Assembly: GCF_963921235.1 (NCBI RefSeq) | Contig: NC_086100.1 | Coordinates: 199,952,001 to 200,016,000 of the forward strand | From: Mobula hypostoma | Taxonomy: Eukaryota | Reading direction: 5' to 3' | DNA length: 64,000 nucleotides | Part shown: positions 37,659 through 48,700 of the stretch, one piece after another | Layout of the letters: each line of letters opens with the position of its first letter | Position numbering within the stretch: position 1 is the first letter of the stretch | Translations under genes and position numbers: made by a program | The notes under the pieces: generated by a model | Databases searched by the model: none | What the model was told of the DNA's origin: nothing | What the model saw: the letters and a program-made list of their open reading frames with translations, nothing else

Positions 37659-39205
37659 TGCTTAAGGAAGTAGCCCAAGAAATAGTGGATGCATTAGTGA
37701 TAATTTTTCAAAACTCGTTAGATTCTGGACTAGTTCCTGAGGATTGGAGGGTGGCTAATGTAACCCCACTTTTTAAAAAAGGAGAGAGAGAGAAACCGGG
37801 GAATTATAGGCCGGTTAGCCTAACGTTGGTGGTGGGGAAACTGCTGGAGTCAGTTATCAAGGATGTGATAACAGCACATTTGGAAAGCGGTGAAATGATC
37901 GGACAAAGTCAGCATGGATTTGTGAAAGGAAAATCATGTCTGACGAATCTCATAGAATTTTTTGAGGATGTAACTAGTAGAGTGGATAGGGGAGAACCAG
38001 TGGATGTGCTATATTTGGATTTTCAAAAGGCTTTTGACAAGGTCCCACACAGGAGATTAGTGTGCAAACTTAAAGCGCACAGTATTGGGGGTAAGGTATT
38101 GGTGTGGGTGGAGAATTGGTTAGCAGACAGGAAGCAAAGAGTGGGAATAAACGGGACCTTTTCAGAATGGCAGGCGGTGACTAGTGGGGTACCGCAAGGC
38201 TCAGTGCTGGGACCCCAGTTGTTTACAATATATATTAATGACTTGGATGAGGGAATTAAATGCAGCATCTCCAAGTTTGCGGATGACACAAAGCTGGGTG
38301 GCAGTGTTAGCAGTGAGGAGGACGCTAAGAGGATGCAGGGTGACTTGGATAGGTTGGGTGAGTGGGCAAACTCATGGCAGATGCAATTTAATGTGGATAA
38401 ATGTGAAGTTATCCACTTTGGTGGCAAAAATAGGAAAACAGATTATTATCTGAATGGTGGCCGATTAGGAAAAGGGGAGGTGCAACGAGACCTGGGTGTC
38501 ATTATACACCAGTCATTGAAAGTGGGCATGAAGGTACAGCAGGCGGTGAAAAAGGCGAACGGTATGCTGGCATTTATAGCGAGAGGATTCGAGTACAGGA
38601 GCAGGGAGGTACTACTGCAGTTGTACAAGGCCTTGGTGAGACCACACCTGGGGTATTATGTGCAGTTTTGGTCCCCTAATCTGAGGAAAGACATCTTTGC
38701 CATAGAGGGAGTACAAAGAAGGTTCACCAGATTGATTCCTGGGATGGCAGGTCTTTCATATGAAGAAAGACTGGATGAACTGGGCTTGTACTCGTTGGAA
38801 TTTAGAAGATTGAGGGGGGATCTGATTGAAACGTATAAGATCCTAAAGGGATTGGACAGGCTAGATGCGGGAAGATTGTTCCCGATGTTGGGGAGGTCCA
38901 GAACGAGGGGTCACAGTTTGAGGATAGAGGGGAAGCCTTTTAGGACCGAGGTTAGGAAAAACTTCTTCACACAGAGAGTGGTGAATCTGTGGAATTCTCT
39001 GCCACAGCAAACTGTTGAGGCCAGGTCATTGGCTATGTTTAAGAGGGAGTTAGATATGGCCCTTGTGGCTACAGGGGTCAGGGGGTATGGAGGGAAGGCT
39101 GGGTTCTGAGTTGGATGATCAGCCACGATCATAATAAATGGCGGTGGAGGCTCGAAGGGCCGAATGGCCTACTCCTGCACCTATTTTCTATGTTTCTATG
39201 TTTCT
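37659..39205 (+). mobile_element. Young CR1 LINE (copy 3), 5'-truncated at the RT start, frame open to the stop at 39109
   Basis: It is near-identical to 35110-36657. AAG is duplicated at 37656-37658 / 39206-39208, and the RTE rejoins as CNIAKE|EWLNQKC. Confidence 0.92.
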
Positions 39206-39372
39206 AAGAATGGCTGAACCAAAAATGCAATGAAGTGGAAGGCCATATTAACAACAGCAAAGAAATGCACAAGAAAATTAAGGAAATTACTGGAATTAAG
39301 AAAACCTCCTCTACAGGATGCATAAGATCAGCAGATGGATCCCTACTAACAGATCCAGATAAGGTATGTGAG

Positions 39373-39561
39373 ACTCACAACACGCTGGAGGAACTCAGCA
39401 GGTTGGGCAGCATCCGTGGAAAAGATCAGTCGATGTTTTGGGGGTTCCGGCTGAAACGTCGACCGATCTTTTCCACGGATGCTGCCCGACCTGCTGAGTT
39501 CCTCCAGAGTGTTGTGAGTGTTGCTTTGACCCCAGCATCTGCAGATTATTTTGTGTTTAAA
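39373..39561. mobile_element. 189-bp fold-back insertion derived from a Penelope-like terminal repeat
   Basis: The inverted arms are 66 bp (39373-39438 / 39454-39519). The TSD is GTATGTGAG (39364-39372 / 39562-39570), and the RTE rejoins as PDKVCE|RWIQH. Confidence 0.75.
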
Positions 39562-41663
39562 GTATGTGAGAGGTGGATTCAGCATATAGAACAGCTTTTT
39601 GAAGATAATAGAGGGGAACCCCCGGATATTAAACACCCTAATTCCAGCCCACCTATTACCAAAGAAGAGGCAACTAAAGCAATGAAAAACATGAAACATG
39701 GTACAGCCACTGGACCTGACGGAATTTCAGTGGAAATGATACAAGCCCCAGAAGATCTGGGCTTAGATATTCTTTTTGAACTGTTTAATGGTATATATGA
39801 GTCTGGTGTATTGCCTGACGATCTCTTGAAATCAGTATTATAACTCTGCCAAAAATTCCTGGAACTATTGACTGCGAAAATTAAAGAACAATCAGTCTTA
39901 TGAGTCACATAATAAAGATTTTGTTGAGAATTGTTCTGAGTCAAAATAAAAACAAGTTAAGCATAAAAACTTCTAAACTACAATATGGGTTTATTGAGAA
40001 TAGAGGAACTAAGAACGCAATTTTCATACTACGAATGCTTTCAGAAAGGGCAATTAAATATCAAAATGATGTCTTTTTATGTTTTATTGATTTCACGAAA
40101 GCATTCGACAAAGCGCACCATGAAAAATTATTTCAAATTCTCGCTAAGCTAAACATAGACGGAAGGGACCAACAACTGCTTCAAAATTTATATTGGAATC
40201 AAACAGCGGCGGTAAAAATTGATGAAAATATAAGCAGTTGGACTAAAATTCAAAGAGGAGTTGGAGAGGGATACGTTGCCTCACCGGAATTATTTAATAT
40301 CTATAGTGAAATGATTCTCAGAGAAACAGAAGACTTAGATGGGATAAAAATTGGAGGTGTTAACATCAACAATATAAGATATGCAGACGATACCATCCTA
40401 ATAGCAAATGCTGCAGAAGACCTACAAATCCTCCTAGACAAAGTAGTACAAACAAGTGCAGATTTTGGTCTAACCATTGGCTGTAAAAAAACGAAATGTA
40501 TGGTAATATCAAAACAGCAGGATATTCCCAACTGCCAATTGTACATCGGTAACCAAGAGATTGAACAAAAGACCAGCTTTAATTACCTTGTTAGTTTTAT
40601 ATCACAAGATGCTAGAAGTAAAGTAGGAATAAAAAGAAGAATTGCCATTACCAAAAACCAACTTCCAAAAAATGAAACCCATTTTTAACAACAGACACAT
40701 TTCTATGACAACAAGGCTTAGGCAACTAAAATGTTACATCTGGTCATTCTTGCTGTATGCTTCTGAAACATGGACTACCAGAACTCCAAAGAAACTTAGA
40801 AGCAACAGAAATGTGGTTTCTTAGAAGAATGCTGAAAATATCATATAGAGATAGGGTAACTAATGAGACAGTACTCCAATGTGCCCTTACAAAAAGGTCT
40901 TTAATGAGAACAATAAATGAGAGGAAACTTAAGTTCCTGGGCCATGTCATCAGAAAGGGAGAAATAGAATGCCTTACATTACAAGGCCGTATGTCTGGGA
41001 AACGTGCTAGAGGAAGGCAAAGAAGAAAATACACGAAAACTGTGAAAGAACTAACAGATCTAAGCGTGCGAGATATCATTGAGGAATCATTCACTGTGGA
41101 GAGACATGATCGCCCAAGCATGTAATACGCAAGGCACGTGAAGAAGAAGTGGTTGATGATCAGTAACGAGGGTAAATTCCCTCCCATACAAGTACAGGTT
41201 GAAAGGTTTTACACCCCAAACCAGACTCAAGGCCTCTGTCAATCTGTGTGTAATGTTCCTGCGCAGCGGTAAAGGAGCATATGGAAAGGCTATCTGTCAT
41301 TCATATCCATCGCTCATAACATGATATGACTGTAGATAAGACAAGGTGTTAAAGACAAGCTTCACTGGATGATGTGGATTATAATGTGTTAGTACAGTGT
41401 CTGATCTCACCATTTCCTTTACCTTTTTGAAAGCCATCTCACACTGCCTTGTCCATTGCCATTTCTTCCTGATCTGCAGTAATGATTTCATTGGGTGGAG
41501 CTCAGTAGCTAGATTTGGTAGCAACCCATTATAACAGTTGACAAATCCTAAAAAAAGACTGCAATTGTGATATATCCTTTGGCCTTGGGGCATCTACCAC
41601 TGTTTGAATTTTCGCAGCACACTTGTGTAATCCTTGCGCATCAATCGTGTGATAAAAAATTAA

Positions 41664-42359
41664 CTAGATTAGATTAGATTAGATTATGAGGACACTCAAT
41701 CCTTGTTTATTGTCATTTAGAAATGCATGCATGCATTAAGAAATGATACAATGTTCCTCCAGAGTGATATCATAGAAAAACAGGACAAACCAAAGACTAA
41801 CACTGACAGAACCACATAATTATAACATTTAGTTACAGCAGTGCAAAGCAATACCAAAATTTGATAAACAGCAGACCATGGGCACGGTAAAAAAAAGTTT
41901 CAAAGTCCCAATCGACTCCTGATAGTCCACGATAGCAGGCTACAAAAGGCAGAAACTCCCTGCCATAAACCTCCAGACCCCGACAACTGCTGATGCATTG
42001 GAAGCACCCGACCACAGCCAACACTGAGTCCGTCCGTCCGAAAACTTCGAGCCTCTGACTAGCCCCTCTGATACAGCTTCCCAAGCGCCATACTCTGCCA
42101 AGCGCCTTTGACCTTGTCCCGGCCGCCGAAACAAGCAAAGCCGAGGATTTGGGGCCTTCTCCTCCAGAGATTCCAGACCACACAGTAGCAGCGGCAGTGA
42201 AGCAGGCATTTCAGAAGTTACTCCAGAAGTTCCTCCGTACTCTCACGTCTGTCTCAATCAAATCAGAATCGTGCACGATACCCTACTTGACACATAACAG
42301 ATATCATTCACTGGAGTAGCCCTGCACGCTGCATCGCGCCGCCATATTCTCCTCCTCCT
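41664..42359 (-). mobile_element. ~700-bp non-autonomous retroelement (Rex1/L2-like ends)
   Basis: It has a (TAGAT)n tail at 41664-41685 with AATAAA on the minus strand at ~41707-41712. The GC-rich 5' end is AGGAGGAGAATATGGCGGCGCG. No coding motifs are visible. Confidence 0.55.
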
Positions 42360-42487
42360 AAAGGTGTCAGAAAGGCAATGTCAGGATAATCTTCGAGGAT
42401 TTTAACATTAAAGTGGATTGGGAAAACTAGGCCAGCACTGGACCTCAAAAGAGAGAGAATTTGTAGAATGTCTAAGGGATGGCTTTT
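42360..42487 (+). mobile_element. CR1 endonuclease fragment
   Basis: It matches the reverse complement of 15798-15915 (DFNIKVDWEN...EREFVECLRDGF). Confidence 0.7.
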
Positions 42488-42488
42488 C

Positions 42489-42719
42489 CGCTTCACGAAA
42501 CAGCGTAATAGCACGTATGAGGGAAACAAGCTTTTCCTCGCTCAGGACTTCTCAGCTGAGACTATGCAACAGTGAAATGAGTTACACATGGTCAGAAGAG
42601 TGTTCGTCGAAAAAGGAACATTCCGCGGATTTCAACATAAGCCTTGCAAGATGAGGGTCCTTCATAATGAGAAAATACACCTGTTTTCATCACCAAAACA
42701 GGCAGAAGATTTCCATTGA
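42489..42719 (+). pseudogene. L1 ORF1p C-terminal domain fragment (second L1 family)
   Basis: Manual translation gives RFTKQRNSTYEGNKLFLAQDFSAETMQQ*NELHMVRRVFVEKGTFRGFQHKPCKMRVLHNEKIHLFSSPKQAEDFH*. This resembles the L1 ORF1 C-terminal domain (xQDFS...F..P.EA..F). Confidence 0.65.
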
Positions 42720-42777
42720 GGACACGCCTGAGGGGTCTGACTAAGGCAGTGGTGAGATTTGTTTACTTTCATACCCA

Positions 42778-45700
42778 TGAGTCCCAGCTGATACTGACTA
42801 CTCAACAGGTATGAACCTACAGTGAGACCCAGCTGATACTGACTACTCAACAGGTATGAGCCTACACTGAGACCCAGCTGATACTGACTGCTCAACAGGT
42901 ATGAGCCTACACTGAGACCCAGCTGATACTGACTGCTCAACAGGTATGAGCCTACACTGAGACCCAGCTGATACTGACTGCTCAACAGGTATGAGCCTAC
43001 ACTGAGACCCAGCTGATACTGACTACTCAACAGGTATGAGCCTACACTGAGACCCAGCTGATACTGACTGCTCAACAGGTATGAGCCTACATTGAGACCC
43101 AGCTGATACTGACTACTCAACAGGTATGAGCCTACACTGAGACCCAGCTGATACTGACTACTCAACAGGTATGAACCTACACTGAGACCCAGCTGATACT
43201 GACTGCTCAACAGGTATGAGCCTACACTGAGACCCAGCTGATACTGACTACTCAACAGGTATGAGCCTACACTGAGACCCAGCTGATACTGACTACTCAA
43301 CAGGTATGAGCCTACACTGAGACCCAGCTGATACTGACTGCTCAACAGGTATGAGCCTACACTGAGACCCAGCTGATACTGACTACTCAACAGGTATGAA
43401 CCTACACTGAGACCCAGCTGATACTGACTGCTCAACAGGTATGAGCCTACACTGAGACCCAGCTGATACTGACTACTCAACAGGTATGAGCCTACACTGA
43501 GACCCAGCTGATACTGACTGCTCAACAGGTATGAGCCTACACTGAGACCCAGCTGATACTGACTGCTCAACAGGTATGAGCCTACACTGAGACCCAGCTG
43601 ATACTGACTGCTCAACAGGTATGAGCCTACACTGAGACCCAGCTGATACTGACTACTCAACAGGTATGAGCCTACACTGAGACCCAGCTGATACTGACTG
43701 CTCAACAGGTATGAGCGTACACTGAGACCCAGCTGATACTGACTACTCAACAGGTATAAACCTACACTGAGACCCAGCTGATACTGACTGCTCAACAGGT
43801 ATGAGCCTACACTGAGACCCAGCTGATACTGACTGCTCAACAGGTATGAGCCTACACTGAGACCCAGCTGATACTGACTGCTCAACAGGTATGAGCCTAC
43901 ACTGAGACCCAGCTGATACTGACTACTCAACAGGTATAAGCCTACACTGAGACCCAGCTGATACTGACTACTCAACAGGTATGAGCCTACACTGAGACCC
44001 AGCTGATACTAACTACTCAACAGGGATAAAACTACACTGAGACCCAGCTGATACTGACTGCTCAACAGGTATGAGCCTACACTGAGACCCAGCTGATACT
44101 GACTACTCAACAGGTATGAACCTACACTGAGACCCAGCTGATACTGACTGCTCAACAGGTATGAGCCTACACTGAGACCCAGCTGATACTGACTGCTCAA
44201 CAGGTATGAGCCTACACTGAGACCCAGCTGATACTGACTGCTCAACAGGTATGAACCTACACTGAGACCCAGCTGATACTGACTGCTCAACAGGTATAAG
44301 CCTACACTGAGACCCAGCTGATACTGACTACTCAACAGGTATGAGCCTACACTGAGACCCAGCTGATACTGACTGCTCAACAGGTATGAACCTACACTGA
44401 GACCCAGCTGATACTGACTACTCAACAGGTATGAGCCTACACTGAGACCCAGCTGATACTGACTGCTCAACAGGTATGAGCCTACACTGAGACCCAGCTG
44501 ATACTGACTACTCAACAGGTATGAGCCTACACTGAGACCCAGCAGATACTGACTACTCAACAGGTATGAAGCGACACTGAACCAAGCTGATACTGACTAC
44601 TCAACAGGTATGAGCCTACACTGAGACCCAGCTGATACTGACTGCTCAACAGGTATGAGCCTACACTGAGACCCAGCTGATACTGACTACTCAACATGTA
44701 TAAACCTACACTGAGACCCAGCTGATGCTGACAACTCAACAGGTATGAGCCTACACTGAGACCTAGCTGATACTGACTGCTCAACAGGTATGAACCTACA
44801 CTGAGACCCAGCTGATACTGACTGCTCAACAGGTATGAGCCTACACTGAGACCCAGCTGATACTGACTGCTCAACAGGTATAAGCCTACACTGAGACCCA
44901 GCTGATACTGACTACTCAACAGGTATGAACCTACACTGAGACCCAGCTGATACTGACTACTCAACAGGTATGAGCCTACACTGAGACCCAGCTGATACTG
45001 ACTGCTCAACAGGTGGAGCCTACACTGAGACCCAGCTGATACTGACTGCTCAACAGGTATAAGCCTACACTGAGACCCAGCTGATATTGACTACTCAACA
45101 GGTATGAGCCTACACTGAGACCCAGCTGATACTGACTACTCAACAGGTATGAGCCTACACTGAGACCCAGCTGATACTGACTACTCAACAGGTATGAACC
45201 TACACTGAGACCCAGCTGATACTGACTACTCAACAGGTATGAGCCTACACTGAGACCCAGCTGATACTGACTACTCAACAGGTATGAGCCTACACTGAGA
45301 CCCAGCTGATACTGACTGCTCAACAGGTATGAACCTACACTGAGACCCAGCTGATACTGACTACTCAACAGGTATGAGCCTACACTGAGACCCAGCTGAT
45401 ACTGACTACTCAACAGGTATAAGCCTACACTGAGACCCAGCTGATACTGACTACTCAACTGGTATAAGCCTACACTGAGACCCAGCTGATACTGATTACT
45501 CAACAGGTATGAGCCTACAGTGAGACCCAGCTGATATTGACTACTCAACAGGTATGAGCCCACACTGAGACCCAGCTGATACTGACTACTCAACAGGTAT
45601 GAGCCTACACTGAGACCCAGCTGATACTGACTGCTCAACAGGTATGAGCCTACACTGAGACCCAGCTGATACTGACTACTCAACAGGTATGAACCTACAC

Positions 45701-48700
45701 TGAGACCCAGCTGATACTGACTACTCAACAGGTATGAGCCTACACTGAGACCCAGCTGATACTGACTACTCAACAGGTATGAAGCGACACTGAGACCCAG
45801 CTGATACTGACCACTCAACAGGTATGAGCCTACACTGAGACCCAGCTGATACGGACTACTCAACAGGTATGAACCTACACTGAGACCCAGCTGATACTGA
45901 CTGCTCAACAGGTATGAGCCTACACTGAGACCCAGCTGATACTGACTGCTCAACAGGTATGAACCTACACTGAGACCCAGCTGATACTGACTGCTCAACA
46001 GGTATGAGCCTACACTGAGACCCAGCTGATACTGACTGCTCAACAGGTATGAGCCTACACTAAGACCCAGCTGATACTGACTGCTCAACAGGTATCAACC
46101 TACAGTGAGAACCAGCTGATACTGACTGCTCAACAGGTATGAGCCTACACTGAGACCCAGCTGATACTGACTGCTCAACAGGTATGAGCCTACACTGAGA
46201 CCCAACTGATACTGACTGCTCAACAGGTATGAACCTACACTGAGACCCAGCTGATACTGACTGCTCAACAGGTATGAGCCTACACTTAGACCCAGCTGAT
46301 ACTGACTGCTCAAGAGGTATGAGCCTACACTGAGACCCAGCTGATACTGACTGCTCAACAGGTGGAGCCTACACTGAGACCCAGCTGATACTGACTACTC
46401 AACAGGTATGAGCCTACACTGAGACCCAGCTGATACTGACTGCTCAACAGGTATGAGCCTACACTGAGACCCAGCTGATAATGACTACTCAACAGGTATG
46501 AGCCTACACTGAGACCCAGCTGATACTGACTGCTCAACAGGTATGAGCCTACACTGAGACCCAGCTGATACTGACTACTCAACAGGTATGAGCCTACACT
46601 GAGACCCAGCTGATACTGACTACTCAACAGGTATGAGCGTACACTGAGACCCATCTGATACTGACTACTCAACAGGTATAAACCTACACTGAGACCCAGC
46701 TGATACTGACTACTCAACAGGTATGAGCGTACACTGAGACCCAGCTGATACTAACTACTCAACAGGTATGAACCTACACTGAGACCCAGCTGATACTGAC
46801 TGCTCAACAGGTATGAGCCTACACTGAGATCCATCTGATACTGACTGCTCAACAGGTATGAGCCTACACTGAGATCCAGCTGATACTGACTGCTCAACAG
46901 GTATGAACCTACACTGAGACCCAGCTGATACTGACTGCTCAACAGGTATGAGCCTACACTGAGACCCAGCTGATACTGACTGCTCAACAGGTATGAGCCT
47001 ACAGTAAGAACCAGCTGATACTGACTGCTCAACAGGTATGAGCCTACACTGAGACCCAGCTGATACTGACTACTCAACAGGTATGAATCTACACTGAGAC
47101 CCAGCTGATACTGACTGCTCAACAGGTATGAGCCTACACTGAGACCCAGCTGATACTGACTGCTCAACAGGTATGAGCCTACACTGAGACCCAGCTGATA
47201 CTGACTACTCAACAGGTATGAGCCTACACTGAGACCAGGCTGATACTAACTACTCAACAGGTATAAGCCTACACTGAGACCCGCTGATACTGACTACTCA
47301 ACAGGTATGAGCCTACACTGAGACCCGGCTGATACTGACGACTCAACAGGTATGAACCTACACTGAGACCCAGCTGATACTGACTGCTCAACAGTTATGA
47401 GCCTACACTGAGACCCAGCTGATACTGACTACTCAACAGGTATGAGCTTACACTGAGACCCAGCTGATACTGACTGCTCAACAGGTATGAGCCTACACTG
47501 AGACCCAGCTGATACTGACTACTCAACAGGTATGAGCCTACACTGAGACCCAGCTGATACAGACTGCTCAACAGGTATGAGCCAACACTGAGACCCAGCT
47601 GATACTGACTGCTCAACAGGTATGAGCCTACACTGAGACCCAGCTGATACTGACTACTCAACAGGTATGAGCCTACACTGAGACCCAGCTGATACTGACT
47701 GCTCAACAGGTATGAGCCTACACTGAGACCCAGCTGATACTGACTACTCAACAGGTATGAGCCTACACTGAGACCCAGCTGATACTGACTACTCAACAGG
47801 TATGAAGCGACACTGAGACCCAGCTGATACTGACTGCTCAACAGGTATGAGCCTACACTGAGACCCAGCTGATACGGACTACTCAACAGGTATGAACCTA
47901 CACTGAGACCCAGCTGATACTGACTGCTCAACAGGTATGAGCCTACACTGAGACCCAGCTGATACTGACTGCTCAACAGGTATGAGCCTACACTGAGACC
48001 CAGCTGATACTGACTACTCAACAGGTATGATCCAACACTGAGACCTAACTGATACTGACTGCTCAACAGGTATGAGCCTACACTGAGACCCAGCTGATAC
48101 TGACTGCTCAACAGGTATGAGCCTACACTGAGACGCAGCTGATACTGACTGCTCAACAGGTATGAGCCTACTTTGAGACCCAGCTGATACTGACTACTCA
48201 ACAGGTATAAGCCTACACTGAGACCCAGCTGATACTGACTACTCAACAGGTATGAGCCTACACTGAGACCCAGCTGATACTGACTACTCAACATGTATAA
48301 ACCTACACTGAGACCCAGCTGATGCTGACAACTCAACAGGTATGAGCCTACACTGAGACCTAGCTGATACTGACTGCTCAACAGGTATGAACCTACACTG
48401 AGACCCAGCTGATACTGACTGCTCAACAGGTATGAGCCTACACTGAGACCCAGCTGATACTGACTGCTCAACAGGTATGAACCTACACTGAGACCCAGCT
48501 GATACTGACTGCTCAACAGGTATGAGCCTACACTGAGACCCAGCTGATACTGACTGCTCAACAGGTATGAGCCTACACTGAGACCCAGCTGATACTGACT
48601 GCTCAACAGGTATGAACCTACACTGAGACCCAGCTGATACTGACTGCTCAACAGGTATGAGCCTACACTGAGACCCAGCTGATACTGACTGCTCAACAGG

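Larger units (their letters stand above)
33022..41147 (+). mobile_element. Full-length RTE-clade LINE, decayed, hosting four nested insertions
   Basis: It has a 5' UTR of ~400 bp. EN motifs are LRVATWNVRTL, IGDLNSKVG, NQIDFI and CGSDH. RT motifs are ATGPDGI, FIDFTKAFDK, ELFNIYSE and RYADDT, ending GKRARGRQR. It has a (GAA)n tail and a 9-bp TSD AGTGATTGA (33013-33021) / AGTGGTTGA (41148-41156). Confidence 0.9.
31202..41655 (-). mobile_element. Decayed Gypsy LTR retrotransposon: probable 3' LTR 31202-31457, integrase/RNase H 31458-33021, RT/RNase H 41148-41655; split by an RTE insertion
   Basis: Integrase motif PWQRIHVDFARPFMGTNFLVVVDA...SDNGP; RNase H motif RRWAQFLGGHNY...HGDADGLSHLP; RT motif FLGFVNCYNGLLPNLA...HYNPHHPVKL. 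The RNase H motif FTLVTDHQPL|VSIF rejoins across the RTE. Confidence 0.85.

Noticed and set aside
39439..39460. Intact hammerhead ribozyme
   Set aside because: Only a stem plus GAAAC is present. The CTGANGA half of the core is absent here and at 16528.
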